Source: an uncultured Acidimicrobiales bacterium (GTDB lineage Bacteria > Actinomycetota > Acidimicrobiia > Acidimicrobiales > VFJN01). From it: a stretch of DNA of 64,000 bases. Positions 1 to 9,111 of this stretch are shown piece by piece. The notes beneath the pieces were generated by a model, which saw only the letters and a list, made by a program, of their open reading frames with translations, was not told where the DNA came from and ran no database searches. Both the position numbers and the translations under genes were made by a program. The first letter of the stretch is position 1, and each line of letters starts with the position of its first letter. The DNA lies in assembly GCA_963735395.1 (NCBI GenBank), contig CAVTKV010000015.1:2858-66857 (forward strand), given 5' to 3'.

Positions 1-1170
1 GATTCGTGCTCCCACGCCGCCACGAGCTGGCGTCGGCACTCGTTCAGCCGACGGGGCGAGGCGTCGCCCACCACGACCTCACCGAACAGGGGATGCCCCA
101 GCCGCACCTCGATGCGGCGACCGTCGCTGTCCGGAGCGTCCCGCGCCTCGACCAGGCGCCGGCGCTCCAGGCGATGCACGATCTCGGCCGGGACCAGGCG
201 GCCGAGCACCGCTTCGGTCACGGGCTCGCCGAGCGCCACCAGCTCCAGGGCGTCGCGCTCGCCGTCGTCGAGCGTGCCCAGCCGCGCGGCGACGAGGTCG
301 CGCAGCGCGCACCCCCGGGCGGAGGGGCCCGTCCCAGGACCACAGCCCGGCGCGCTCGACCAGTGCACCGGCGGACAGCCCCTCGGCGACCAGCTCGCGG
401 AGGAACAGCGCGTTGCCGCGCGTCACGTCGAACAGCCGCCGGGCGGTGGCGCCGTCGACCGTGCCGCCCAGCGCGACGCCCAGCAGCGCGGCCACCTCGG
501 TCCGGGACAGGGGTTGGACCTCGACCCGCAGCGCCAGCTCGTCCTTCCACAGCGCCACCACGGGGTCGGGGGTCGGTTCGCCACTGCGGACGGTGACCAC
601 CAGGCGCGCCGCGCCCGAGGTCGCGAGCAGGTGCACGAGGGTGGCCGAGGCGTCGTCGAGCAGGTGGGCGTCGTCGACCCCGACCACGACCCGCTCCCGC
701 CCGGAGCGGTGCTCGAGGTCGCGCACGATGGCGTCGAGCGCGAGGGCGCGCCGGTCCTGGCTCTCGTCCGCCCGCAGCGCGTCGGCGGGCACGAGGTGGG
801 CGAACGCCGCGAGCGCCACGGTGCCGGCCGAGCGGGTGGCCGCCACCCACTGCGTCTGCGCACCGGCGGACTCGGCCGCGGCGACGACCTCGCGGGCGAG
901 GCGGGTCTTCCCCACACCCGACGCGCCCGCGAGCACCACCCCGCCGCGGCGTCGCGTCGCCTCGAGCGCGAGCGCCACCTCGTCGGCGCGCCCTACCAGC
1001 GGCCAGGCCTCGGGGACGGCCGCGTCGCGGGCGCGGACCTCGCGCCCGCTCACACCCGGCTCCTTCGCTGTCGACGCGATGCCGTCATGATTCCCGATCT
1101 TGGCGCCGTCCCAGCGAACGACCCGGCGCCGGTCCAGTGTCGCGCCCGCGGGCATCGTCTGAGCGCGCAC
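1..1170 (-). pseudogene. LuxR/MalT-type large ATP-binding regulator, N-terminal P-loop part. It runs off the left edge and changes reading frame near 305-315.
   Basis: ORF 79..1170 has Walker A GASGVGKT and VVVGVDDAHLLD. After LWSWDGPLRPG the listed frame turns into Arg/Ala junk. My translation of the adjacent minus frame of 1..308 reads ALRDLVAARLGTLDDGERDALELVALGEPVTEAVLGRLVPAEIVHRLERRRLVEA, so the protein continues one base out of frame at a C5/G3 run. Confidence 0.6.
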
Positions 1171-1295
1171 CGCCGACGCCGCGCCATTCCGCCGGCGGGA
1201 CGCCGGTGGACGCGGTCGTCGGCATCGTTGGCCACGGCATCGTCGGCGATGCGGCCGCCATGGTCGACGCCGTCAGACGTGCGCCGGATCGAGCG

Positions 1296-1742
1296 TCACG
1301 GTGCCGGCGATTCCTCCGGCGGCCATGTGCGCCGTGACTCGTCGATCGGGCTCATCAGGCCGACGTCGTTCCCGTCGGGGTCGGCCACGATCGCGTAGCG
1401 CGCACCCCAGAACGCATCGAACGGCGGCTGTCGCCCCACGTACCCGGCCGCGGTCAGTTCGGCGTAGCGGTCGTCGACGGACCGGCTGTCGGGCAGCGCG
1501 AACCCCAGCACCACGCCAACGCTCGCCGGATCCGCACGCCAGCCGGCGTGCCAGATCCGCGCCGACTCGGCTGTGTCGAGCTCGAGGCTGAAGCCGCCCG
1601 GCATCCTGATCTGGACGTGAGGTCCGGGCTCGCCGTCGCTGGTCGGCATGCCCACGCCGAGCCGTCGGTAGAAGTCGAGGCTCGTGGCCATGTCTCCCAC
1701 GACCAGGTTGAGCATGTGCAGGTCGGGTGCGTCGTCGCTCAT
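1296..1742 (-). CDS. VOC (glyoxalase/bleomycin resistance/dioxygenase) family protein
   Basis: 148-aa ORF with protein-like composition. HMLNLVVGDM..SLDFYRRLG and FWGARYAIVADPDGNDVGL are typical VOC beta-alpha-beta-beta-beta repeats. Confidence 0.8.
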   Translation of the reverse strand: MSDDAPDLHMLNLVVGDMATSLDFYRRLGVGMPTSDGEPGPHVQIRMPGGFSLELDTAESARIWHAGWRADPASVGVVLGFALPDSRSVDDRYAELTAAGYVGRQPPFDAFWGARYAIVADPDGNDVGLMSPIDESRRTWPPEESPAP

Positions 1743-1873
1743 CGCCGATCAGCCTCGCATCATCAGCAGGTCACGTCAGCCGGCGACCGGCGCGACCGAC
1801 GTGACCGCGGTGGTGACCGTCGGTCGATCGGTGCATCGCCCACCTCACAGGTTGCGTTCGTCATACTCACCGC

Positions 1874-3595
1874 GTGCTGGGACTTGCCCGTCCGAGGCAC
1901 CGAACCGGGGTGCTGAGCGCTGCCGCCGGCGTGCTGGTGGCCTCGGCCGCGCTGTGGGCGTGGACCTCCGGCGACGAGCCCGTGGACGACACCGCCGCCC
2001 CGGCGGGCCTCGGGCCCGACACGGCGGCCGCTCCGCCCGAGGCGCTGCGTCCGCTGCTCGCCCTCTCCCCGGAGCCGACGACCGTCGTGGCTGCGGACGG
2101 GCCCGCAGGGCTGGCCGCGGCGGCGAGCGCAACGTTCTTCGAGCGGACCCCCGTCGTCGTCCTCGCGCCCGAGGACGACCCCGGCGCCCAGGCCCGGGCC
2201 GCGTCGGCGGCGGTCGCACTGGGCGTACCCCTGCTGCTCTCCCCGCCGGTCGCGAGCGGCGGCAGCGGGGCACCAGACGGTGATGCTGGGGAGGAGATCG
2301 ACAGCCGCGGCGCCGGTGCCGCGGCGCCGGTCTCGCCAGGAACCACCGTGGCCGCCGACGAGCTGGCGCGACTGGCCCCGCACTCGGTGCTCGCCTTCGG
2401 CCCGTCGGCCGTCGGCTGGGCCCAGCACCAGGACGGCGCGGGCACTGTCGTCGCCGCGCCCGGCGCGCCCGAGTCGTGGCGCGGGCTCGACGACCTTCCG
2501 GCCACGGAGGCCGCCGACCCGGCCAACGAGGTGCTCGTGCTCGTCCAGCGAGGCGCCGCCGGCGACCCCGGCGATCTCGACAACGCCGGCGACTCCGGCG
2601 ATGCGGGCGTCGCTGCGGTTGCCACCGCCCACGCCGCCGGGGCTCGGATGGTCGCGGTCACGGGCGCCGACCCCCGCGCCGACCCCAAGGCCATCGCCGC
2701 GCTCGCCGCGGAACCGCTGCCGGAGCGCATCGTCGCGCTCGGCTCGGCCTTCGGTCCGGCCGACCGGCTCCGCCAGCGGGTCGAGGTGGCCGCCACCGGC
2801 GTCGAGCTGCCCGGCGGCGGCCAGGTGCTGTTCCCCGCCCGCCGCATGGTCGCCCTGTACGGCCACCCGGGCGCGCCGGTGCTGGGCGCGCTGGGCGAGC
2901 AACCGGTCGACGCCGCCGTGGCCCGGGCCCAGCAGACGGCGGCCGGCTACGGCGGGCTGGTCGGCGAGCCGGTCGTGCCGGCATTCGAGATCATCACCAC
3001 CGTCGCCTCGGCCTCGCCGGGCCCCGACGGCGACTACTCCAGCGAGTCCGCGGTCGCCGACCTGCGGCCCTGGGTCGACGCCGCCGGCCGGGCGGGCGTC
3101 TACGTGGTGCTCGACCTGCAACCCGGGCGCACCGACTTCCTCACCCAGGCGCAGCGCTACGAGGAGCTGCTGGCCGCACCGCACGTCGGCCTGGCGCTCG
3201 ACCCCGAATGGCGCCTCGGTCCCGACCAGCGGCACATGGCGCAGATCGGGTCGGTCACCGCCGAGGAGGTCAACGCCGTCGCCGCCTGGCTGGCTCAGCT
3301 GACCCGTGATCGGCGGCTACCGCAGAAGCTGCTGCTGCTCCACCAGTTCCAGACCCGCATGATCAGCAACCGCGCCACGGTCGACACCAGTCACGATGAA
3401 CTGGCCGTGCTGGTCCACGCCGACGGCTTCGGCACCCCCGGCCAGAAGTTCGACACCTGGCGAGCGCTGCGGAGCGAACCGCTGGCCAACGCCTGGTGGG
3501 GCTGGAAGAACTTCATCGACGAGGACCAGCCCACGTTCACCCCGGCGGAGACGGTCGCCGTCGACCCGACCCCGTGGTTCGTCTCCTACCAGTGA
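1874..3595 (+). CDS. Conserved secreted/membrane-anchored protein of unknown function
   Basis: Single 573-aa ORF. It has an N-terminal hydrophobic anchor (VLSAAAGVLVASAALWAW), an Ala/Pro-rich linker and a well-composed C-terminal domain (VYVVLDLQPGRTDFLTQAQRYEELL..LDPEW..LLLLHQF..WGWKNF). Confidence 0.7.
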   Translation: MLGLARPRHRTGVLSAAAGVLVASAALWAWTSGDEPVDDTAAPAGLGPDTAAAPPEALRPLLALSPEPTTVVAADGPAGLAAAASATFFERTPVVVLAPEDDPGAQARAASAAVALGVPLLLSPPVASGGSGAPDGDAGEEIDSRGAGAAAPVSPGTTVAADELARLAPHSVLAFGPSAVGWAQHQDGAGTVVAAPGAPESWRGLDDLPATEAADPANEVLVLVQRGAAGDPGDLDNAGDSGDAGVAAVATAHAAGARMVAVTGADPRADPKAIAALAAEPLPERIVALGSAFGPADRLRQRVEVAATGVELPGGGQVLFPARRMVALYGHPGAPVLGALGEQPVDAAVARAQQTAAGYGGLVGEPVVPAFEIITTVASASPGPDGDYSSESAVADLRPWVDAAGRAGVYVVLDLQPGRTDFLTQAQRYEELLAAPHVGLALDPEWRLGPDQRHMAQIGSVTAEEVNAVAAWLAQLTRDRRLPQKLLLLHQFQTRMISNRATVDTSHDELAVLVHADGFGTPGQKFDTWRALRSEPLANAWWGWKNFIDEDQPTFTPAETVAVDPTPWFVSYQ

Positions 3596-3649
3596 CCCGC
3601 GCCAGGCGCGAGCGTCCCCGGACGGCACGTGCGGCACCCGGGAGGGACG

Positions 3650-4648
3650 TCAGCGCTTCGGGCCGATGACGCAGCCCAGCAGGACCGCGGCCAGCCCCGC
3701 CACGCCCAGCCACACGCCGAACGCCGGAGTGGGGGCACCGTCGCCGGTGAACACGATCCACAGCGCGACGCCGTGAGCCAGCCCAGCCAGTACCGTCGCC
3801 AACCCCGCGAGGCGGCGGACCCCGAGGAGCAGCGACAGCGCCCAGGAGCGGGGCGCCAGCAGCGTCGAGAACACGACCGCCAAGCCCACCACTCCGGCCA
3901 CGCCCATCCACACGACATCCACGTAGAGCTCGAGATACCGGCTCTTGCCGCTGTCGATCGCCGCGGCGGCCGCGTTCCCGGCGGCGTCTCGGACCTGCTG
4001 CTCGGCGGCGTCGGCGACGTCGTCCGGCGTCGGGATCCCGTCGGGCAGCGTGGCCCCCGTCCCCTCGCCGGCGTCGGGCACCACGTCGCCCGGGTCGGTG
4101 GCCGACACGCTGAACGCCGTCCGGATGTCGGCCAGCGTCACGTCCCGGCCGCCGACCGTGAACCATGGCAGAACCACGAGCGCCACGAGGAACGCGGCCA
4201 AACCCGCCACGCCGACCAGCGCACCGACGCCCACCGGGAACCCCGAGCCGCTGTCCCCGGACCGACCAGGGTCGCGGTCGGCGGTGGGGCGGCCGCGATC
4301 GACCGGTCGCCCGTGCGGCCGGGCGTCGCCGGGTGGCGTCCGGCGGGGCGTCCGGGGCGGGCCGGCCGGAGGACGGTGCAGGTCGCCGGGCCCGCCCACG
4401 AGCGGAGCCGGCCACTCGGCGGTGCGCTCCGGTGGGCGCGTGACGGAGTGGCTCGACGGCGGCCACGAGTCCCGAGCCGGTGCCGGTGCCGGTCCGGGCG
4501 GCGGGCCCGTTGGGTCGGGGCGCGGCGCAGCGCGGCCCGGGCGAGACGGGCCAGTGTCGAACACACTGGAGCCCGAGTGCTCCAACCAGTCGTCTGGCTC
4601 GTGCCGGCCGCGCTGGTCACGCCCGGTACCCGGCGTTCGCTCGCTCAT
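3650..4648 (-). CDS. Membrane protein with Pro-rich cytoplasmic N-terminus and about 4 TM helices
   Basis: C-terminal two thirds of ORF 3650..4951. I place the start at ATG 4648 (MSERTPG), preceded by GGGGAG. TM segments include VGVGALVGVAGLAAFLVALVVL and VVWMGVAGVVGLAVVF. Confidence 0.65.
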   Translation of the reverse strand: MSERTPGTGRDQRGRHEPDDWLEHSGSSVFDTGPSRPGRAAPRPDPTGPPPGPAPAPARDSWPPSSHSVTRPPERTAEWPAPLVGGPGDLHRPPAGPPRTPRRTPPGDARPHGRPVDRGRPTADRDPGRSGDSGSGFPVGVGALVGVAGLAAFLVALVVLPWFTVGGRDVTLADIRTAFSVSATDPGDVVPDAGEGTGATLPDGIPTPDDVADAAEQQVRDAAGNAAAAAIDSGKSRYLELYVDVVWMGVAGVVGLAVVFSTLLAPRSWALSLLLGVRRLAGLATVLAGLAHGVALWIVFTGDGAPTPAFGVWLGVAGLAAVLLGCVIGPKR

Positions 4649-4929
4649 CGGTCTCCCCAACTCTGCCGGCAGGCCCGCCCGTCCCGGCGCGGCACTGTAG
4701 CCAGGCCCTGAGGTGGGCGTGCCACTGCCCTGCGCCGACCGGCGGGGCCGACCACGGCGCCTGCGCTCGTGGCGCCGTCGGGCTGCGCTCGGGTCGATCC
4801 GCCGGGCGCGAGCCGGGGGTGTGACGTCGGGCGACCGGAGGCCCGGGGCGCGGGTCGGCGGCGACCGGCCGCCGGAGGACGGCGGACGGCCGCCCGAGGA
4901 CGGGAGACGGGCCGGGTAGCCTCCTGGCC

Positions 4930-6345
4930 GTGCCGGCACGCAAGGGTCCACGCCCGGGCACGCCGCCGTCGGACGATGCGGACGACCCCGTCGAGGCGGC
5001 GCTGCGCGAACGGCTGGCCGAGCAGGCCCCGCTCGCGGCGAGGATGCGGCCCCGCACTCTCGACGAGATGGTCGGCCAGGACCACCTCATCGGGCCGGGC
5101 GCACCGCTGCGCGCGCTCATCGAAGCCGACCGGCTGTCGTCGATCATCCTGTGGGGCCCGCCGGGCACGGGCAAGACCACGCTCGCCCGGGTCGTGGCGG
5201 CGCAGACCGACCGCGAGTTCGTCGCCCTGTCGGCCGTGTCCGCCGGGGTGCGCGACGTGCGCGAGGTCATCCAGGCGGCCCGCACCCGGCTGGCCGACGA
5301 GGGGCGGGGGACGATCCTGTTCCTCGACGAGGTCCACCGGTTCAACAAGGCCCAGCAGGACGCCCTGCTGCCCGCGGTCGAGGAGGGGGTGCTCACCCTC
5401 ATCGGGGCGACCACCGAGAACCCGTTCTTCGAGGTCAACGCCCCGCTCATCAGCCGATCGATGGTGTTCCGGGTCGAGCCTCTCAGCGCCGACGACCTGA
5501 CGACAGTCGTCGAGCGGGCGCTGACGGCCGAGGGCGGGTCGGCGGAGCCGGACGCGCTCGAGCACCTGGTCGACATGGCCGACGGCGATGCCCGCGCCGC
5601 GCTCACCACGCTCGAGGTCGCGCTGGCGCTGGCGGCCGCCGACGACCGCGACCGGGTGGTGCTCGCCGACGTCGAGCGCGCTCGCCAGATGCGGGTGCTG
5701 CGCTACGGCGACGACGACCACTACGACGTCATCTCCGCCTTCATCAAGTCGATCCGCGGCTCCGACCCGGACGCCGGCCTGTACTGGCTGGCCCGCATGC
5801 TCGAGGCCGGCGAGGACGCCCGCTACATCGCCCGGCGGCTCGTCATCCTGGCGTCCGAGGACGTGGGCATGGCCGACTCGATGGGGCTCGTGGTGGCCGA
5901 CGCCGCCGCCCGGGCGGTCGAGTTCGTCGGGCTGCCGGAGGCCGGGCTCAACCTCGCCCACGCCGTCGTCTACCTGGCGACCGCCCCCAAGTCGAACACC
6001 GCCATGGCCGGGCTGTCCCGGGCGTTCGGCGACGTGCGCCGCCGCCAGGCGGGCGCGGTGCCGATGCCGCTGCGGAGCGTCCACCCGTATCAGCGCAACA
6101 AGCTGGGCGAGGGCGGCGGCTACCGCTATCCGCACAACGACCCGTCAGGCTTCGTCGCCCAGGAGTACCGGCCGCCCGAGATCGCCGGCGACATCGGGTC
6201 CGGGAAGCGCCGCGTCTACTACCGACCTTCGCCCCACGGCGACGAGGCCGAGGTCGGGAGGCGGCTGCGGGCCTGGTGGGGCGACGCTCCCTACGACGGC
6301 GAGGAGTGGTGGGAGTTCGAGAAGTTCCGAGACCCGGAGCGCTGA
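4930..6345 (+). CDS. rarA: Replication-associated recombination protein A (MgsA/WRNIP1-type AAA+ ATPase)
   Basis: 471-aa ORF with MRPRTLDEMVGQDHL, Walker A GPPGTGKTT, Walker B ILFLDEVHRFNKAQQDALLP, GATTENPFFEVNAPLISR and the C-terminal MgsA domain YDVISAFIKSIRGSDPDAGLYWLARML. Confidence 0.95.
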   Translation: MPARKGPRPGTPPSDDADDPVEAALRERLAEQAPLAARMRPRTLDEMVGQDHLIGPGAPLRALIEADRLSSIILWGPPGTGKTTLARVVAAQTDREFVALSAVSAGVRDVREVIQAARTRLADEGRGTILFLDEVHRFNKAQQDALLPAVEEGVLTLIGATTENPFFEVNAPLISRSMVFRVEPLSADDLTTVVERALTAEGGSAEPDALEHLVDMADGDARAALTTLEVALALAAADDRDRVVLADVERARQMRVLRYGDDDHYDVISAFIKSIRGSDPDAGLYWLARMLEAGEDARYIARRLVILASEDVGMADSMGLVVADAAARAVEFVGLPEAGLNLAHAVVYLATAPKSNTAMAGLSRAFGDVRRRQAGAVPMPLRSVHPYQRNKLGEGGGYRYPHNDPSGFVAQEYRPPEIAGDIGSGKRRVYYRPSPHGDEAEVGRRLRAWWGDAPYDGEEWWEFEKFRDPER

Positions 6346-6378
6346 CCGGCCCGACCCGCATCCGGTTCGTGGAGCCGC

Positions 6379-6417
6379 GGGGACCGCTGTGGCTGCTGGG
6401 CAACCGAATTGGTCCCC
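6379..6417. terminator. Hairpin between convergent rarA and the NTF2-like gene
   Basis: GGGGACC (6379-6385) pairs with GGTCCCC (6411-6417). There is no clear U-tract. Confidence 0.3.
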
Positions 6418-6446
6418 ACCGGGTCGGGCAGATCCCGTTGCGGGCC

Positions 6447-6914
6447 TCAGGTCGGGGATCCGTTGTCGGCGTAGACGTCGCGCCGGTCGGGCGTGTGTTG
6501 GCCCGCCGCCAGCCACCACGTCCCGTCCCTGCGGACCAGGACGAACAGGGCGAGCTCGTCGAAGGCGTCGGCCCGCCCCGGCGCCTCGGGGCCGCCGGAC
6601 GAATCGGAGGTTCGTCGTACGTAGGCGATCGCCACGTCCTCGGTCGGGAACCGCACGTGTTCGACCGTGTAGTGGGAGCCGGAGCCGGCTCCCTGCGGCA
6701 CCGACTCGAACATCCTGCTGTGGATCGAGTGCAGCGTCTCGTAGCCCTCGACGACCGCACCGAAAGGGCTCCCCCAGAGGACGTCGTCTGCGAACCGCCG
6801 GTTGAAGCGAACGGCGTCTGCCCCGTCGATGCCCTCCTGCAGCTCGCGGACGAAGTCCGTGACAGGACTCGGGTCGTGATCACGGCCGAGTGTGGGACGC
6901 ACTCGCTGGCTCAT
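6447..6914 (-). CDS. NTF2-like (SnoaL/DUF4440, SgcJ/EcaC-type) protein
   Basis: 155-aa ORF with the typical C-terminal LALFVLVRRDGTWWLAAGQHTP and FNRRFADDVLWGSPFG. Confidence 0.7.
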   Translation of the reverse strand: MSQRVRPTLGRDHDPSPVTDFVRELQEGIDGADAVRFNRRFADDVLWGSPFGAVVEGYETLHSIHSRMFESVPQGAGSGSHYTVEHVRFPTEDVAIAYVRRTSDSSGGPEAPGRADAFDELALFVLVRRDGTWWLAAGQHTPDRRDVYADNGSPT

Positions 6915-7019
6915 CGCCGCTCCTTGTTGCCGTCTCGTTCACACCGACCCGGCGCCGGTGTGGCTTCCAGGACGGTAAGCCTTCAACCGCACTCGAGGTC
7001 AAGGAGCGGGCGTGGACCC

Positions 7020-7445
7020 TCAGCTCGTCGCCAGCTCCATCACCTGCGTCAGGCGGATGTTGTTGCCGGACACGTCGCGGAAGCCTGCGTCGATGCCGTA
7101 GGGCCGCTTCTCGGGCGCCTCGGTGAACTCGACGCCCCGGGCGACCAGCTCGTCGTAGGTGGCCTGGCAGTCATCCGTCGTCAGGAACACCGTGCTGGTG
7201 CCGCCCTTGGCGGTCAGGTCGCGGATCTGGTCGGCGGTGTCCTTGTCGATCACCGGCGGGCCCGGGACGGCCATCAGCACGATGGCCACATCGGGCTGGC
7301 CCACCGGGCCCACGGTCAGCCACCGGAAGTCCATCTCGGGCAGGGTCACGTCGGACCGGACCTCCATGCCCACCTTGTCGGTGTAGAAGGCGAGGGCCTC
7401 GTCCTGGTCGTGGACCCACAGCTGTGCGTTGGCGATGCGGAGCAT
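7020..7445 (-). CDS. VOC family protein
   Basis: 141-aa ORF. MLRIANAQLWVHDQDEALAFYTDKVGMEV and PYGIDAGFRDVSGNNIRL match VOC family motifs. Confidence 0.8.
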   Translation of the reverse strand: MLRIANAQLWVHDQDEALAFYTDKVGMEVRSDVTLPEMDFRWLTVGPVGQPDVAIVLMAVPGPPVIDKDTADQIRDLTAKGGTSTVFLTTDDCQATYDELVARGVEFTEAPEKRPYGIDAGFRDVSGNNIRLTQVMELATS

Positions 7446-7505
7446 CGTGTCCTCCTGGTCGGGATCGACGTCGTCGATCGGGGGATGGTTCCTTTGACCA
7501 GATGG

Positions 7506-7943
7506 TTACGGATGGTCGGCCCGGCCGTCTTCTCGAAACGTGCGGTGTCGGGGACGGCCGTACGCCCGCACCACGCAGCCCGGCACGATGGCCCACGCCG
7601 CCGCCGGCGGGAAGCCGGCCCGGTACGCGGTGGGCGTCTTGCCGAACATGTGTCCGAAGCTGGTGGTGAACGACCCCACGCTGGTCAGCCCGACAGCGAC
7701 GCACACGTCGGCCACCGACCAGTCGGTGGTGCGCAGCAGCGCTGCCGCCCGCTCGAGACGGCGGGTCAGCAGGTACTGGTGCGGCGACTCGCCGAACGCC
7801 CGCCGGAACTCGCGGCTGAAATGCGCCGGCGACAGGTGCGCGGCCCGCGCCATGTCGGCCACGGTCAGAGGGTCGGCGAAGCGGGCATCCGCCAGGTCCT
7901 TGGCCCGCACCAGGTGCCGGGCCGGCGGCTGGTCGACCAGCAC
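7506..7943 (-). CDS. AraC-family transcriptional regulator (short form)
   Basis: C-terminal part of ORF 7506..8258. Dual HTH: LTVADMARAAHLSPAHFSREFRRAFGESPHQYLLTRRLERAAALL..SVADVCVAVGLTSVGSFTTSFGHMFGKTP. GTG at 7943 lies 6 nt after AGGAGG. Confidence 0.8.
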   Translation of the reverse strand: MLVDQPPARHLVRAKDLADARFADPLTVADMARAAHLSPAHFSREFRRAFGESPHQYLLTRRLERAAALLRTTDWSVADVCVAVGLTSVGSFTTSFGHMFGKTPTAYRAGFPPAAAWAIVPGCVVRAYGRPRHRTFREDGRADHP

Positions 7944-8008
7944 CGCGTTCCTCCTCCGCTCTCGGGACGTGCCTCGTCCGGTCCCATGATGGCGCCGGCT
8001 GTGGCCGT

Positions 8009-8599
8009 TCAGGTGACCCAGACCCGCATGGCCACGTCCACGATGCGGTGCAGCGACGGGCGCGGCGCCCCCTCCATGGCCCGCACGGCCATGCCCTGCA
8101 CGACGCTGTCGATGTACTCGGCGAGGGAGCGGACCTCCGTGCAGGGCAGCGCCTCGCCCTCGGCGGCACCCCGTTCGAGGCGGATCTCGACGTCGCGGAT
8201 GCGCTGCTCGACGCTGTCGTCCAGGCAGGCGCGCACGTCCTCGTCCTCGTCGGTGCACGTCGTGACCGCCCGGGTGAGCATGCAGCCGTTGGGTTCGCCG
8301 TCGCGGGTGAACAGGTCGGCCTCGGCGCGCATCATGGCCTCGACCGACGAGCGGGCCGTGTCGCCGGCCTCGAGCACGCGCGCGGGCTCGGCCCCGTCGT
8401 CGGTCAGGTACAGGGCGGTCGCCTCGCGGAACAGCTCGCCCTTCGAGCCGAACGCGGCATACAGGCTGGGCGGCCCGATGCCCATGGCGTCGGTCAGGGC
8501 GCTGATCGAGGCGCCCTGGTAGCCGCGCTCCCAGAACACGCCGAGCGCGGCCCGCAGCGCCTGGTCACGGTCGAACTCGCGCGGTCGGCCCCGGGGCAT
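8009..8599 (-). CDS. TetR-family transcriptional regulator
   Basis: Last 196 aa of ORF 8009..9277, starting at ATG 8599 (MPRGRPREFDRDQALRAALGVFWERGYQGASISALTDAMGIGPPSLYAAFGSK). Confidence 0.85.
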   Translation of the reverse strand: MPRGRPREFDRDQALRAALGVFWERGYQGASISALTDAMGIGPPSLYAAFGSKGELFREATALYLTDDGAEPARVLEAGDTARSSVEAMMRAEADLFTRDGEPNGCMLTRAVTTCTDEDEDVRACLDDSVEQRIRDVEIRLERGAAEGEALPCTEVRSLAEYIDSVVQGMAVRAMEGAPRPSLHRIVDVAMRVWVT

Positions 8600-8611
8600 C
8601 GGCAGGGTCCT

Positions 8612-8686
8612 TTCTGTAGCGATCTGTAGTTTATTCGTTGACGAGCGCCCTCCGGTGCGCGAGCTTCTGTATTGACCACTACAGAA
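8612..8686. promoter_or_regulatory. Candidate TetR operator(s) in the divergent intergenic region
   Basis: TTCTGTA occurs at 8612-8618 and TCTGTAG at 8623-8629. An inverted repeat TTCTGTA-N8-TACAGAA spans 8665-8686, between the TetR gene and the cupin/MFS operon. Local GC is low. Confidence 0.45.
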
Positions 8687-8706
8687 TACCGACGAGAGGA
8701 CGCGCC

Positions 8707-9111
8707 ATGCCGGTTCCCGGAGTTCTGAAGGCGTCGAGCGACGACGACAGCCTGCGCTGGTGGCGGCGGGGCACCCAACAGCTGCGGCTGGCGGACGCGG
8801 TGGACGGCGAGAGCGGGGCGGCGATGACCGTCGGCTTCGCCCGCTACGCCGCCGGCGAGTCGAACGACTGGACGACGAGCTACGACGAGGCCCTGATCGT
8901 GACCAGGGGCCTGTTCGCCGTCGACAGCGGCGGCGCCTCGACCGTCGCCGGCCCCGGCGAGGTCCTCTACCTGTCGCCCGGCACCCCGCTGGTCTACCGG
9001 GCAATCGAGGACAGCGAGGTCGTGTACGTGTCGTACCCTCACTGGTACGACGCCACGGTCCGCTCGCGGCATGCGGCCCGCCTGCAGGAGTTCGTGGAGG
9101 TCGATGCATGA
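8707..9111 (+). CDS. Cupin-domain protein (EutQ-like small barrel)
   Basis: In frame within ORF 8638..9111. ATG 8707 follows GAGAGGA. Contains MTVGFARYAAGESNDWTTSYDEALIVTRG..GEVLYLSPGTPLVYR. The stop overlaps the MFS start (ATGA). Confidence 0.6.
   Translation: MPVPGVLKASSDDDSLRWWRRGTQQLRLADAVDGESGAAMTVGFARYAAGESNDWTTSYDEALIVTRGLFAVDSGGASTVAGPGEVLYLSPGTPLVYRAIEDSEVVYVSYPHWYDATVRSRHAARLQEFVEVDA

Noticed and set aside
5151-8522. 1123-aa ORF on the plus strand, the longest in the track
   Set aside because: It is Arg/Gly/Ala/Pro-dominated with no recognisable motifs. It runs through rarA out of frame and antisense to four well-supported minus-strand genes. This is the typical high-GC open-frame artefact.
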